Assembly (NCBI RefSeq): GCF_006345805.1
Contig: NC_043007.1
Span: forward strand, 23,250,001 to 23,314,000
Source: Octopus sinensis
Taxonomy: Eukaryota
Reading direction: 5' to 3'
DNA length: 64,000 bases
Positions 1 through 11,016 of the stretch are shown here, piece by piece. The notes under the pieces were generated by a model. That model did not search any database and was not told where the DNA came from. It was given only the letters and a program-made list of their open reading frames with translations. Each line of letters opens with the position of its first letter. The first letter of the stretch is position 1. The translations under genes and the position numbers were made by a program.

Positions 1-82
1 TTGATTAAAAATGTAATGGCAAGTATTTATTGACCTTTTTCTTTCTTTAAAAATCGGCACGAACTTTCCGGACAACCCAATA
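1..82 (+). mobile_element. 3' end and right TIR of a mariner element (same family as 38304-38865), cut by the window edge
   Basis: 1-80 is nearly the reverse complement of 38304-38385; ends in TIR cggcacgaactttccggacaacccaa followed by TA (81-82). Confidence 0.85.
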
Positions 83-240
83 CTAAGCAGAGGTTTGTGC
101 GTTCTGTGTTGAAAATTCCATCCAGACTACCATTATAGAGAAGTCATATCCAATTGAAGGAAGGTAATCGAACTTGCACAGCCTTACTCCTTATTGAATA
201 CAAATAATCTAACGATACAAATTACTCAATGGACAATTTC

Positions 241-475
241 AATGATGACGACGACGATGATGACAATAATGATGATGACAGTGATGATCATGACAATAAT
301 GATGATGGTGGTGGTGGTGGTGGTGAGGAAGAGAAAAAGGAGTGGGTGGCGGCAGAGGCGATGAAAGCGGGGGGTGGAGGACGACGCGGACAACGATGAC
401 ATCGATTATGGTGGTGGCGGTTGTGGTGGTGATGGTGGTAGTGATGATGAGGGGGAGGAAGAGGAGGAGGATATA
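241..475. repeat. (GAT/GAC/GGT)n trinucleotide low-complexity tract
   Basis: Direct reading; similar tracts at about 860-960, 1290-1435 and 1565-1625. Confidence 0.9.
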
Positions 476-644
476 GGATTCATCGCGAGCAGTATCAAAT
501 TTACAAATGGTGGGGGTTAAGGTTTCCTCAGCCCTGACATAGAGGCACCTGCTATGACTGGCGGATGTGATTACAAAAGGTGATAAGTGAAGTGGACGCC
601 AAAATAGCGTCATAAGTAATTGTTTTTGCTTCTTTACGTCTCAT

Positions 645-830
645 CCAGTAGAAATATGATCAGAGACATTCCAGTCGTGACTAATCCGTCTTTTTTATTT
701 TTCTCGTCAGATAGAACAGCATTAGCCAACTTGTCCTGCCTTCTTCCCATGATTAAACAAAAATATGTTGTGATTTGACGAAAATTCGATTTCTCTTTCT
801 AGTAGATCAGAGCATCCATATATAACTGTT
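645..830 (+). repeat. Old dispersed repeat family D (degenerate)
   Basis: Motif ..atgatc(a)..cattccag(c/t)cgtgac..ccgtctttttt recurs with variation at about 1120-1280, 3675-3790, 22000-22140 (-), 40170-40500 (-) and 44230-44320. Confidence 0.5.
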
Positions 831-1328
831 GTTATTGTTGTTGTTTAACCCCAGGGCAATTGTGGTGTTGGTGGTGGTTGTGGTGATAACATCGGTGGTT
901 TTGGTGGTGGTGATGGTGGTGGTGGTGGTGGTTTTGGTGGTGGTGTTCCAGTGATATCGTTGTTGGCAAGATGGTGGTAGTTGGTGTTGATGATAACAGT
1001 GACGTGTTATTCCTGACTATGTTAATAATGTGGAATATATAACGATAGCTCGGGAAGTTTTAATTATGTACCCCCACATTATATAATGATAATGTTGCCA
1101 TTAATGTTCTTTAGCACCAGGTCAGCCCTGATCAAATACACTCAATAATTAACAGATTACATTTCCAATGTGTACCTTCAATATGGCAGGGTATGGATTT
1201 GAGGGAGATTTTGCAGCTGACCGCATTTAAAAGAAATTTTTTTCAGTAGGTCGAACAAGCATGTAGCGCCTCCTTCATTGACTTGAAACGATGATGGTGA
1301 TGATGATATTCACGCCGATGACGACGAC

Positions 1329-1359
<31 letters not shown>

Positions 1360-1737
1360 GTGGTAGTGGTAGTGGTGGTAGTGGTGGTGATGACAGCGAC
1401 GACGACGACGATGACGATGATGATGATGATGATAGAAAAACGGGGCTGCTTTTATTGATGATAAAGAGCGATTATTGTAATTACATTTTACACCTCAGAT
1501 CTTAATTTGTGATGATCATACTACTGGCTGTGATGTTTTACTGATGGTGTTATTATTGGTGAAAGTGGTGGTGGTGGTGGTGGTGGTGGTGGTGGCGGCG
1601 GCGTCGGCGGCGGCGGTGATGGCGACAGTGATATTTGTAATACAGGTGGTATTGGTAGCGTAGGTTGCATGATGCTAATGAAGGTTGGTTGCTAATGAGG
1701 ACCATAATGCCGTTAATTATAACAATAGTGAGAAAGT

Positions 1738-1900
1738 TGGCAGAGTGGTAGAATTAGCAGGGAAGTGGACAATCGGTGGAATTGTATTTAAATATGTCCT
1801 TTTACGGTCTGGTCTGAGTCCAAATTCTGCTGGGATCGACTTTGCTTTTTATGCTTCCGTTGTGGTCAAAATAATTACCAGTCACGTACTAAAGGATTTT
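1738..1900 (+). mobile_element. Degenerate SINE-B
   Basis: gagtccaaattctgctgggatcgactttgctttt matches the SINE-B B-box and body. Confidence 0.55.
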
Positions 1901-2006
1901 TAATCGCTTATAAGGTTTCCCTTTAAAATCTGAACTCGAATCATAAGGTTAGAAATCATTATAAATAATAGTAATGATAATGTTGATGTTGCTTAGATTT
2001 TGGACT

Positions 2007-3355
2007 AGGAGTGGCTGTGTGGTAAGTAGCTTGCTTACTCATGCGTTTGCTAGTTGCTTCCAAGTTGAATACTGTCAAGACGTGCTTTTGTAGCCGCCTG
2101 AATTGAAGAATTATTGAAGGTATGACTATAAGGTAGACATCTGTTTTTTGGGAGGATTCAGTGGCGTTTTGTTGTTTGATATTGTTTTTCCTTCTTCGAA
2201 AAAGAAATCCTCACTGGGTCCCGGGCATTTGTCTGCCTGCAGTCGTGCTAAGAGACTCACTTAGCTTTAAGAATTGTTGTTTGGTGGGCGTGTCTCGCCA
2301 CCAAAATTTGTGAAAATTTTGAAAATTCGCCCAATTTGTGGAGGATTTTTTGTGTGTTCCTGCTGCTACTGTGACCTAGAGTACCTGTGTGGAGTACCAT
2401 TCTTTTTTGGAATACCTGAGGCCAGGATTACCGCATGGCCAGAATTGTATCGCTGTGACTTGAGCTGTCTTCCTTCGTTCTTTTTCTCTGCTCTGTCTTT
2501 CTGTTCTTTTTTGTGTTTGTGAACTTTATTTGGACTTCTTGTTTGAACATTTTTTGGACTTTCCTTTCTTTTCTGCAAGCATAGCAAAGAAAATAAACAC
2601 TGCGTTGGAGTGGGAGATTGTACCTTCCAAGCAGTGGATAAAAGACTTCAACGAGAGAACGGTGGTGTTGAGGACGTATTCCAAGTCTCTCGACATCATC
2701 ACTGTGTTCTCTCAAATAGAAATTGAGAAAGAGTTGGCAGAATATCTACCAACTATTAAGTTTATTGCAAGGGGTGTCAAATATGCAACGGTGTGGTTGC
2801 TATTTGATACTCTTGAAGAGGGTCGTAATTTTGCGAGCCAGCCCTTAGAAGGGCAAAAAAAAATGTTCCTTACCACATATGGTGGGAGGAAATTAACAAG
2901 AGCTGTGGGCTGCCACCCGGAATAGAGCCCGAGTGGATAGAAGACACATACTATTGTATGTTATTGTGTGTAAGAGGCTCAGCGCCTCAATTTCTAATGG
3001 ACTATTAAGTCCAGTAATTGTAAGAACCAAAGTAAGAGGTTTAATACCTCGTTTTATTTTTTCCTGCGTATACTGTTTTAGAGAAACAAAAATCGACGGG
3101 CGTCTTTTGTATTCTCCCATCAATATCATCCTTTTTCATCATTCATCTCATCAATTTTTTTGTCCAGCCAGCAAGCTACTCTGTGTCATGCCTTTATGGC
3201 ACAATTTTGAAATAAAGTAGCTTGCTTGCAAACCACATGGTTCCGGGTTCAGTCCCACCACGTGGCACCTTGGGCAAGTGTCTTCTGCTATAGTCTCGGG
3301 TCGACCAAGGGCTTGTGGGTGGATTTAGGTAGATGGAAACTGAAAGAACCCCGTC

Positions 3356-3395
<40 letters not shown>

Positions 3396-3650
3396 GTGGC
3401 CTGCTCGCTCAGCAAGCGGGGTGGCGTCATTTGAAGGCTAAAACAATGTGAACGCATTGTGACCAGCGATGTGTAACTACATCTGATGGACTGGTCGGTC
3501 ACATGATATATACATATGTGTGTGTGTGTGTGTGTTGGCGTGTCTACGTCCCAGTAACTTAGCGGTTCGGCAAAATTCGTCGATAGAATAAGTACTAGGC
3601 TTACAAACATTAAGTTCTGGGGTATATTTGACTGAAACAAATAAAAGAGT
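2007..3650 (+). mobile_element. SINE-A (tRNA-like head, CORE/V-like ccttgggcaagtg segment, internal TA/CA microsatellite) split by an insertion at 2037-3214
   Basis: Head ggagtggctgtgtggtaagtagcttgctt (2007-2036) resumes at 3215; B-box-like ggttcagtccc; tail gactgaaacaaataaaagag. Confidence 0.85.
2037..3214 (+). mobile_element. Putative internally deleted non-LTR retroelement (5' UTR-like region, decayed ORF1-like coding, 3' end)
   Basis: 13-bp TSD aagtagcttgctt at 2024-2036 and 3215-3227; non-repetitive ORF 2530-2925 (..TYGGRKLTR..) continuing after a frameshift as PPGIEPEWIEDIL; A-rich 3' end. Confidence 0.55.
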
Positions 3651-4129
3651 AATTAGATCTCGGACAACTGTAATTGAACAAACCTATGATGAACAGCATT
3701 CCAGCCATGACTTTTAGATGTATGACGGGTTACATTATCCAATATATTATTTATTGAAGGAGGTTGAGCTGGAGTTGTGGGAAACTGGACTGTCATTTCT
3801 TGCAGGGCAGATTAACTGACTACATAAAGGTTCCTGCATTGGCTCGTGGCTATAATGTTGACGATAACGACCAATATATGATTATGATTATGATAGTACT
3901 GCGTTTTCAGGAAGTTAAAACCTAATTGAGTCAATAGAAATTCAGTTGAGGTTGACGAGAAGACAGCAGAGAAATATTCTATTTGCAAAGGTGATGATGC
4001 TATTAAAGCAATGTCTGTAAAAGTATTGCAGAGCAAACAGTCTGGACAATAGTAGCAACACCAACTTGTACACATATACACACACACGTACGTATGTATG
4101 TGTGTATATATAAATATATATGTGTGTAA

Positions 4130-4384
4130 GCTTGTCGTATATATGTATATATATATATATATGTATGTGTGTGTTTGTGTGTCTGTGTTTCTCCCCCTAG
4201 CATTGCTTGACAACCGATGCTGGTGTGTTTACGTCCCCGTCACTTAGCGGTTCGGCAAAAGAGGCCGATAGAATAAGTACTGGGCTTACAAAGAATAAGC
4301 CCCGGGGTCGATTTGCTCGACTAAAGGCGGTGCTCCAGCATGGTCGCAGTCAAATGACTGAAACAAGTAATAGAGTAAAAGAGT
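4130..4384 (+). mobile_element. SINE-A, 3' half
   Basis: Body cgcttgacaaccgatgctggtgtgtttacgtcccc and tail ggcggtgctccagcatgg..tgactgaaacaagtaatagagtaaaagag. Confidence 0.9.
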
Positions 4385-4498
4385 ATATATATTATATATT
4401 ATATATATTTATGTGTATGTATGTATACGTATATGTATATATATATATGAATAAATAAATAAATGGAGTTGAACGAAGATGTTAATAAAATTCCTTTA

Positions 4499-4580
4499 CT
4501 TTCGACATAGGTTTCGAAGACAACATGGTTTTATTCCAAAGGAATAAACGGTGTAAGATGCAATCTTCTCATCGGGAAAG
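4499..4580 (-). ncRNA. Type I hammerhead ribozyme motif (Penelope pLTR type), U4C variant
   Basis: Minus strand: CUUUC-CCGAUGA-GAAGA..UCUUC-GAAAC-cuau-GUC-GAAAG; stems I, II and III all pair. Confidence 0.7.
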
Positions 4581-4664
4581 ACAGGGAGCCTGTTGACGGT
4601 AAACATAGGATAATTCATTCACCCATCGAAATATATATTATATATATATATATATTGCCTTTAA

Positions 4665-4925
4665 AAACCCACTTTGCTCTGTTTTCGTAAACATCCGCCT
4701 TTCACCATGTGCAACTCGTAAACACCAGTCGTCTTTTTTCTCTTTTCCCTGTTGCCCGCTCTGGGATCTTTCTTTCCTTTCTCTCTTCCTTCTTTATGTT
4801 TCCGACGAAGAGCTCCGCTCGAAACGTCATACCTCCCTGCTTCCTTTTCCCTGAGCGCCTATTAATAATAATACTGTAATTGTTCCATTGTTGTTGTTTT
4901 TTTGTTTCCCGTTTGGATTAAAATT
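4665..4925 (+). mobile_element. Penelope-like pLTR fragment with a minimal hammerhead motif at 4798-4832
   Basis: Pyrimidine tract, then gttt-CCGACGA-A-GAGC-tcc-GCTC-GAAAC-GTC-atac. Confidence 0.55.
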
Positions 4926-4945
4926 ATATATATTATATATATATA

Positions 4946-4976
<31 letters not shown>

Positions 4977-5001
4977 ATTATATGTAATATTATATATATA
5001 G

Positions 5002-5363
5002 AATTCGTGGGTAAGGCCGGAACAATGCGAAATAAATCCGAGGTAAATCACAAGAAAACAGGTATATGAATTAATGGTAACTTACCCTGCATTTAATATT
5101 TCAGGGTTATCTCGGGCCTTGTGCCTTGAGTAGAAACGAATATTTCAGGGTTATGACCCCCTCTCCAGAAATTAGCGAACGTTGCAAATATAACCTTCTT
5201 CGGGAATTAGCGAATGTTACATTCGCAACATTCGCTAATTCCCGGAGAAGAGGTCATAACCCTGAAATATTGAATGCATGGTAAATCACCTGTAATTATC
5301 TGCCTTTTTTCTTGAGGTTTGCCTTGGACTTATTTCTCATTGTTCCGGCCTTACCCACGAATT
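5002..5363. mobile_element. Fold-back MITE in a (TA)n tract
   Basis: Perfect 26-bp TIR aattcgtgggtaaggccggaacaatg (5002-5027 / 5338-5363); imperfect symmetry continues to the centre. Confidence 0.85.
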
Positions 5364-5659
5364 TTATATAATATATTCCACACAATGCTTTATACTAATC
5401 CATTATAATATATATATATATTATATATATATTATATATATATATGAATATTTTAAAAAAACTTAGAGAATAACAATTATTCCAGGTTTTCAGGATATTT
5501 ACTATTTTACACTTTACTAATGCAAAGCAAATAGTATCATTATAATATTAAATCCCAAATTCTAATACTATATATATATATATGTATATATATGCATGTT
5601 ATATATATGTATGTATATATATATATTTATATATAAGATATATATATATATATATATTG

Positions 5660-5734
<75 letters not shown>

Positions 5735-5749
5735 ATATATATACATATA

Positions 5750-6090
5750 TCTCTTATTATAAAAGGCAGATTTTATCTGCCTCCCTTTGGGAGTTATACA
5801 AATCTACAATATAGGATTTCTTCAATTACAATTTACCTGGCATTTTTGAGAGTACAATGCATCGCGTCATGCCAGGTCCAGTTTTTAAAATTTAAACTCC
5901 AATTAAGCAAAATTTACAGAAAACTCACATTCTGGTGTGTGTGTCAAATGCTTTTCTTAGTCTGGTTTACACCACACGCAAACGCACACACACAGTGGGC
6001 AACGAATAAAATGAAAGTAAATAGCGACAGAGTGATTTGAGGAAGACTAAAGTGAAAGTATTCTGTCTATGACGCTGATAGATACATGAG
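5750..6090 (+). mobile_element. Putative non-autonomous Helitron family B, 5' part (copy 1)
   Basis: Begins A|TC..TTATTATAAAAGG; about 260 bp nearly identical to 7573-7835. Confidence 0.6.
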
Positions 6091-6169
6091 TAAAATGTAT
6101 GGGAAGCTAAGAGCTAAGAGTGAGTGAAAATGTTCTTGGAAGAGAGTAATTAGTAATAAAGTAAACATA

Positions 6170-6505
6170 CACTCATACATACATACATACATACCTACAT
6201 ACATACATACATACATACATACATACACATACACACACATACATACACACACACTACATACATCACACACACACATACATACATACACATACATACATAC
6301 ATATACATACATACATATACATATACATACATATACATACTACATACACACACACACAACACACACACACACAGTATTGAAGCTTGAGAACAATCAGATA
6401 CATTTGCAACACATCTGTTGAAAATATTATTGTTCACACACATACATATACATATATACATACAGACAGACAGACAGATAGACACACACACACACACACA
6501 CATGA
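6170..6505. repeat. (CATA)n/(CA)n microsatellite block
   Basis: Direct reading. Confidence 0.95.
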
Positions 6506-6654
6506 TCCAGCATGGCCACAACCTCAAGGCTGAAACATATAAAGAATAACAGAATATAAATGTGTGCAAAGTACAAGAAATATTAATGCAGTATATGGGG
6601 ATTGGACAATAAGCGTAAGGCAGTGTCAATGGTGGTTCCAGAAATCCCGAGCCA

Positions 6655-6925
6655 TAAACTACAGCCTAAAGACGAGCCTCATCCTGAAAGATCTGTAGAA
6701 CTCGACAAGGACATCCTGAAAACCCTGGTGGAACAAAATATCATCGTAACTGTTGAGGAACTAGCAGAGAAGCTTGGATTTGGTCATTCAACCATTCATT
6801 GACACCCGTGTGCTATCGGAAAAGTCAGCAAATTGGGTCAATGGGTTCCTCACGAACTTTCCGAGTCTAATTGCATGCAGAGAGTGAATGTATGCTTTTC
6901 TTTGCTGTCATATCTCACCACTACT
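6655..6925 (+). pseudogene. Mariner transposase fragment (HTH to WVPHEL)
   Basis: ELDKDILKTLVEQN..TVEELAEKLGFGHSTI, then KVSKLGQWVPHELSE after a stop. Confidence 0.85.
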
Positions 6926-6937
6926 GCGTTATGTATA

Positions 6938-7572
6938 TCTATATATATAAAACTGTAGTTGTGTGAGTGTCTGTCCCCTTCGATTTAGATTCCTAACTAC
7001 TCCCACATTTTGCGGTACAGTTTAACCAAATTCGGGTAGCTTATAGTCGTGATTCATATCGAGCCCGTCTGAATATTAGCGCGCGTCTACGATGAGTCTA
7101 CGATTTTAAAAATAATTTAACATCATTTTTCATTCCATTTTAATGCATAATTTTTCGTGTGTCGATGGCGGCGGAGTTGGCGTCCACGCTCACACCTGCA
7201 CCTATGGGGAGGGAGTGTAAGGAAATCAACGTCGTAATGCGTTGTCAAGGAGACCAGTGTTCTTTTAGAACAACGACTTCATGGCTTGAAGACACCAAAA
7301 CAGAAATGGCTAAGAAAGCGTCTACATGAGTCTACGATTTAAAAAAAAAATTCCATCGTTTTTTTCCCATTTTAATGCATTTTTTTCGCTATTATATAAG
7401 GGAGTAACTCTCTAAAAATGTCTACGATGAGTCAACGATTTAAAAAAAAAATTACCATCATATTTTTTCCATTTTTAATGCATTTTTTGCTATTTTTTGG
7501 CTATAACTCTCTAAAAATGCTTATATAGTTATTTCCCTTACAAACCCGAGCAACGCCGGGCGATACTGCTAG
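6938..7572 (+). mobile_element. Non-autonomous Helitron family A (copy 1, 635 bp)
   Basis: A|TCTATATATATAAAA start; 3' hairpin cccgagcaacgccggg; ends CTAG|T. Confidence 0.9.
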
Positions 7573-8060
7573 TCTTATTATAAAAGGCAGATTTTATCTG
7601 CCTCCCTTTGGGAGTTATACAAATCTACAATATAGGATTTCTTCAATTACAATTTACCTAGCATTTTTAAGAGTACAATGCATCGCGTCATGCCAGGTCC
7701 AGTTTTCAAAATTTAAACTCCAATTAAGCAAAATTTACAGAAAACTCACATTCTGGTGTGTGTGTCAAATGCTTTTCTTAGTCTGGTTTACACCACACGC
7801 AAACGCACACACACAGTGGGCAATGAATAAACTGAAACTAATTCACTGTGTGTTGACAGGTAGAAAATAGAATGCGATGGCGATGGCTATGGCGATGGCG
7901 ATGGCGATGGCTATGGCGATGGCGATGGCTATGGCGATGGCGATGGCTATGGCGATGGCGATGTAATATTTGTTTCTCTCTATGACGCTCATAAAAGCAT
8001 TGATGTACATGTGTGTGTGCGTGAGTGTGTGTGTGTCATTCCTCACACACACGCATACAC
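7573..8060 (+). mobile_element. Putative Helitron family B, copy 2, abutting the CTAG end of Helitron A
   Basis: TCTTATTATAAAAGG start; matches 5752-6010; 3' boundary not seen. Confidence 0.55.
7874..7963. repeat. (GCGATG/GCTATG)n hexamer tandem, about 15 units
   Basis: Direct reading; source of the poly-IA ORF. Confidence 0.95.
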
Positions 8061-8367
8061 ATACATATATGAGAGTGGCAAACACAAACGTTTCAAACAA
8101 CTACATACAAACACGTGTGTGTTTGTTATTAGTAAAAAAAGGCGCCAAAACACAACTCACTTATCATTCCAACACATTTGCAAAGACACACGGACGGTCG
8201 AATAACAATACAGAAAAGGTAAATTGGTTTTTATTTTACTCTGTATATATTTTATTATATAATATTATATATAGATATATGTATATATATTGCAGTATGA
8301 AACAGTGTTTATGTATAAACAGACGACACTTATATATAGTTATTAATAAATGTATGCATCCGTTTAA

Positions 8368-9191
8368 CCCTTTCGTTACCAAACCGCCCGAAAAAAATTT
8401 TGGTTAATGTGACCAAGCCGCCCGAATTTACCTATTCATATTTAAATGAGAATATCAGAGTAAATCTCTTTAGAACATTCGTGAAAACACGTATTATACT
8501 TCGTAAACAGTTCAACTACAGTTTTGTACAAAAATCGAAGTGTAATTTTAATTCCGTGAATTATGGGAGATTTTTTTTCTGAAATTTGTTCCTATTGTGT
8601 TTTCAAAATTTGTAATTCTGACAAAAAATGGATACAAATTTCATTATATCAAGCAGCGAGTCAGAATTCGAAGGATTTTCTACTGAAGACCTTCATAAAT
8701 CTAACTCTATGACTGAAAAAAAAAAGCATGTGGTATTTGATCTCAACCTAAACAAAGCGAAAGAAACGATAGTTTGTTATTTCCCACAACCTTAAATGAA
8801 ATTAAGGCCTATTTTGCCATAAATATTATTATGGGTATTAGAAAGTTACCCAGAATAACAAATTCTATCGTAAAATTTTGTTGTATACCCAATTGAATAT
8901 TAGCTAATAACCCATTTTCTATAGCGATGTTTGAACAAAATTTTAATAATTTTATATATTGTTGAATTTACCTGTATCTACCTGCAATTAGAGTCACTTT
9001 GTGACAAAAATTATAGTATAGAATTGGTTGAGAACATTTCACTAAATTATCTTCCAAAAATCAGATTAATATATTCATAAATAAAAAAGTTATAGTTGTT
9101 TAATGAAACCAGACTAAATTTATGATTACGTTAGAAATTCATTGAAACACATAAGGGGTGTATTTTGGTCAGAAATATAGTAACGAAAGGG
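8368..9191 (+). mobile_element. piggyBac-like non-autonomous element (824 bp)
   Basis: TTAA TSD (8364-8367, 9192-9195); TIR ccctttcgttac / gtaacgaaaggg; subterminal ccgcccgaa repeats. Confidence 0.85.
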
Positions 9192-9303
9192 TTAAGAAAA
9201 ACCAAAAAATATTTTATTCTTTGTAAATGTTGTGTTCAAAATAACATTTTCTTTTAAGAATGTGTATATAACAAAGTATGTGTATATAACTACGTGGCTT
9301 ATA

Positions 9304-9698
9304 TCTTTATATATAAGAGTGAAGTTGTGTGTCTGTCTCCTACGATTTAGATTCGTAACTACTCCCACATTTTGCGGTGTAGTTTAACCAAAAGCGGGTA
9401 TCTTATAGTCGTGATTCATATCGAGCCCTTCTGGGTATTAGCGCGCGTCTACGATTAGTCTACGATTTAAAAAAATTTACCATCATATTTTTCCATTTTA
9501 ATGCATATTTTTCGTTATTATATAAGGGAAGTAACTCTCTAAAAATATCTACGATGTGTCAACGATTTAAAAAAAAATTAACTTAATTTTTTTTCAATTT
9601 TTAATGCATTTTTTGCTATTTTTTGGCTATAACTCTCTAAAAATGCTTATATAGTTATTTCCCTTACAAACCCGAGCAACGCCGGGCGATACTGCTAG
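9304..9698 (+). mobile_element. Non-autonomous Helitron family A (copy 2, 395 bp)
   Basis: A|TC start; same 3' hairpin; CTAG|T end. Confidence 0.9.
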
Positions 9699-10610
9699 TA
9701 TATATATATATACGTGTATATCTAGCTATCAAGCTATCTATATCTATACATATCACGTTCGAAACAGCTACTATATTTCCCAAAGCACAGAATGAATTAA
9801 TGTTAATTCTCGTGATAATGCTATCAACTCGTCACTGCATGTAATTAAATATATTTAATTCATTAAAAGTCTTAAGTTGTCGCCCCCATTGCCTTTGATC
9901 AGATTTAATTAACATTAGTCATTGAGCTTATATTTAATCTCTGTTCACTTGATATTTCATTTAATTGAAATTAATCTGATTATTCTTTGTTCATTCCATT
10001 AAATGTCTTAGGAATCTATTATCGTGTTTCGAAATGATATAGTCCCAATGCAATTTCGCTATAGCGCGAAATTGCATAGGGTCAGTATCATTTGATGATG
10101 GTTGTAGCAGGCCGACTTTAACATGTGGATGATTCATAATCTATCCAGCATATTCACTTCGTCTGTGGTAGTTATATGATGGGGTAGAAAGGGCTCCTTA
10201 GCCGTAGTGAAGGCAATCTATCTAGGGAGATAACCTTACAATAAATCACTCGATCCGTAGCTTAGAAATACTGGGTTGACGTCCAGCGGGAACAGCTTTG
10301 TTTCATGGAGGAGGAAAGATCTTCTTTAGTACTTGGTTGTACAATGCTTTGCTTTCCAATGTGTGTAGTAGCGGCGCGCACACACATTATTAGCCATTTG
10401 AAAATACTATGAAAGTCTAGACCACGGTCGAACAATGATGATGATGATGATATGATGTTGGTGAAATTAAAGAATTGGAACCTTCACTTTGTAAATCATC
10501 TTAAGACTGATTCAAGAACTCAAAACAGAACATGAGTTCTTTGTTAAACGAATAGAAATGCTGGTAGCAGTAACTTTTGAAACGATAACAATAATAAGGA
10601 TAATGAATTA

Positions 10611-11016
10611 TTCTTTCCTACTCTAGGCACAAGATCAGAAATTTTGGAGTAGGGACCAGTCGATTAGATTGACCCCAGTACGCAACTGGTACTTAATTTA
10701 TCGATCCCGAAATGATGAAAGGCAAGGTCGACCTCGGTGGAATTTGAACTCAGAACGTAAAAACAGACGAACAGAAGAAATACCTATTTCTTTACTGCCC
10801 ACAAGGGGCTACACACAGAGGGAACAAACAAGGACAGACAAACGGATTAAGTCGACTATATTGACCCCAGTGCATGACTGGTACTTATTTAATCGACCCC
10901 GAAAGGATGAAAGGCAAAGTTCACCTCGGTAGGATTTGAACTCAAAACGTAACGGCAGACGAAATACCGCTAAGCATTTCGCCCGGCGTGCTAACGATTC
11001 TGTCAGCTTGCCGCCT
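10611..11016 (-). mobile_element. Composite (dimeric) SINE-B
   Basis: Two bodies with gaatttgaactcagaacgt and gaaaggatgaaaggcaaagt; 16-bp TSD taaggataatgaatta (10595-10610, 11017-11032). Confidence 0.9.

Noticed and set aside
239-613. 124-aa minus ORF with a non-repetitive N-terminus
   Set aside because: Mostly triplet repeat; no recognisable domain or convincing splice sites.
10048-10077. 12-bp perfect hairpin atgcaatttcgc/gcgaaattgcat
   Set aside because: Single and short, with no associated termini; not bacterial terminator context.
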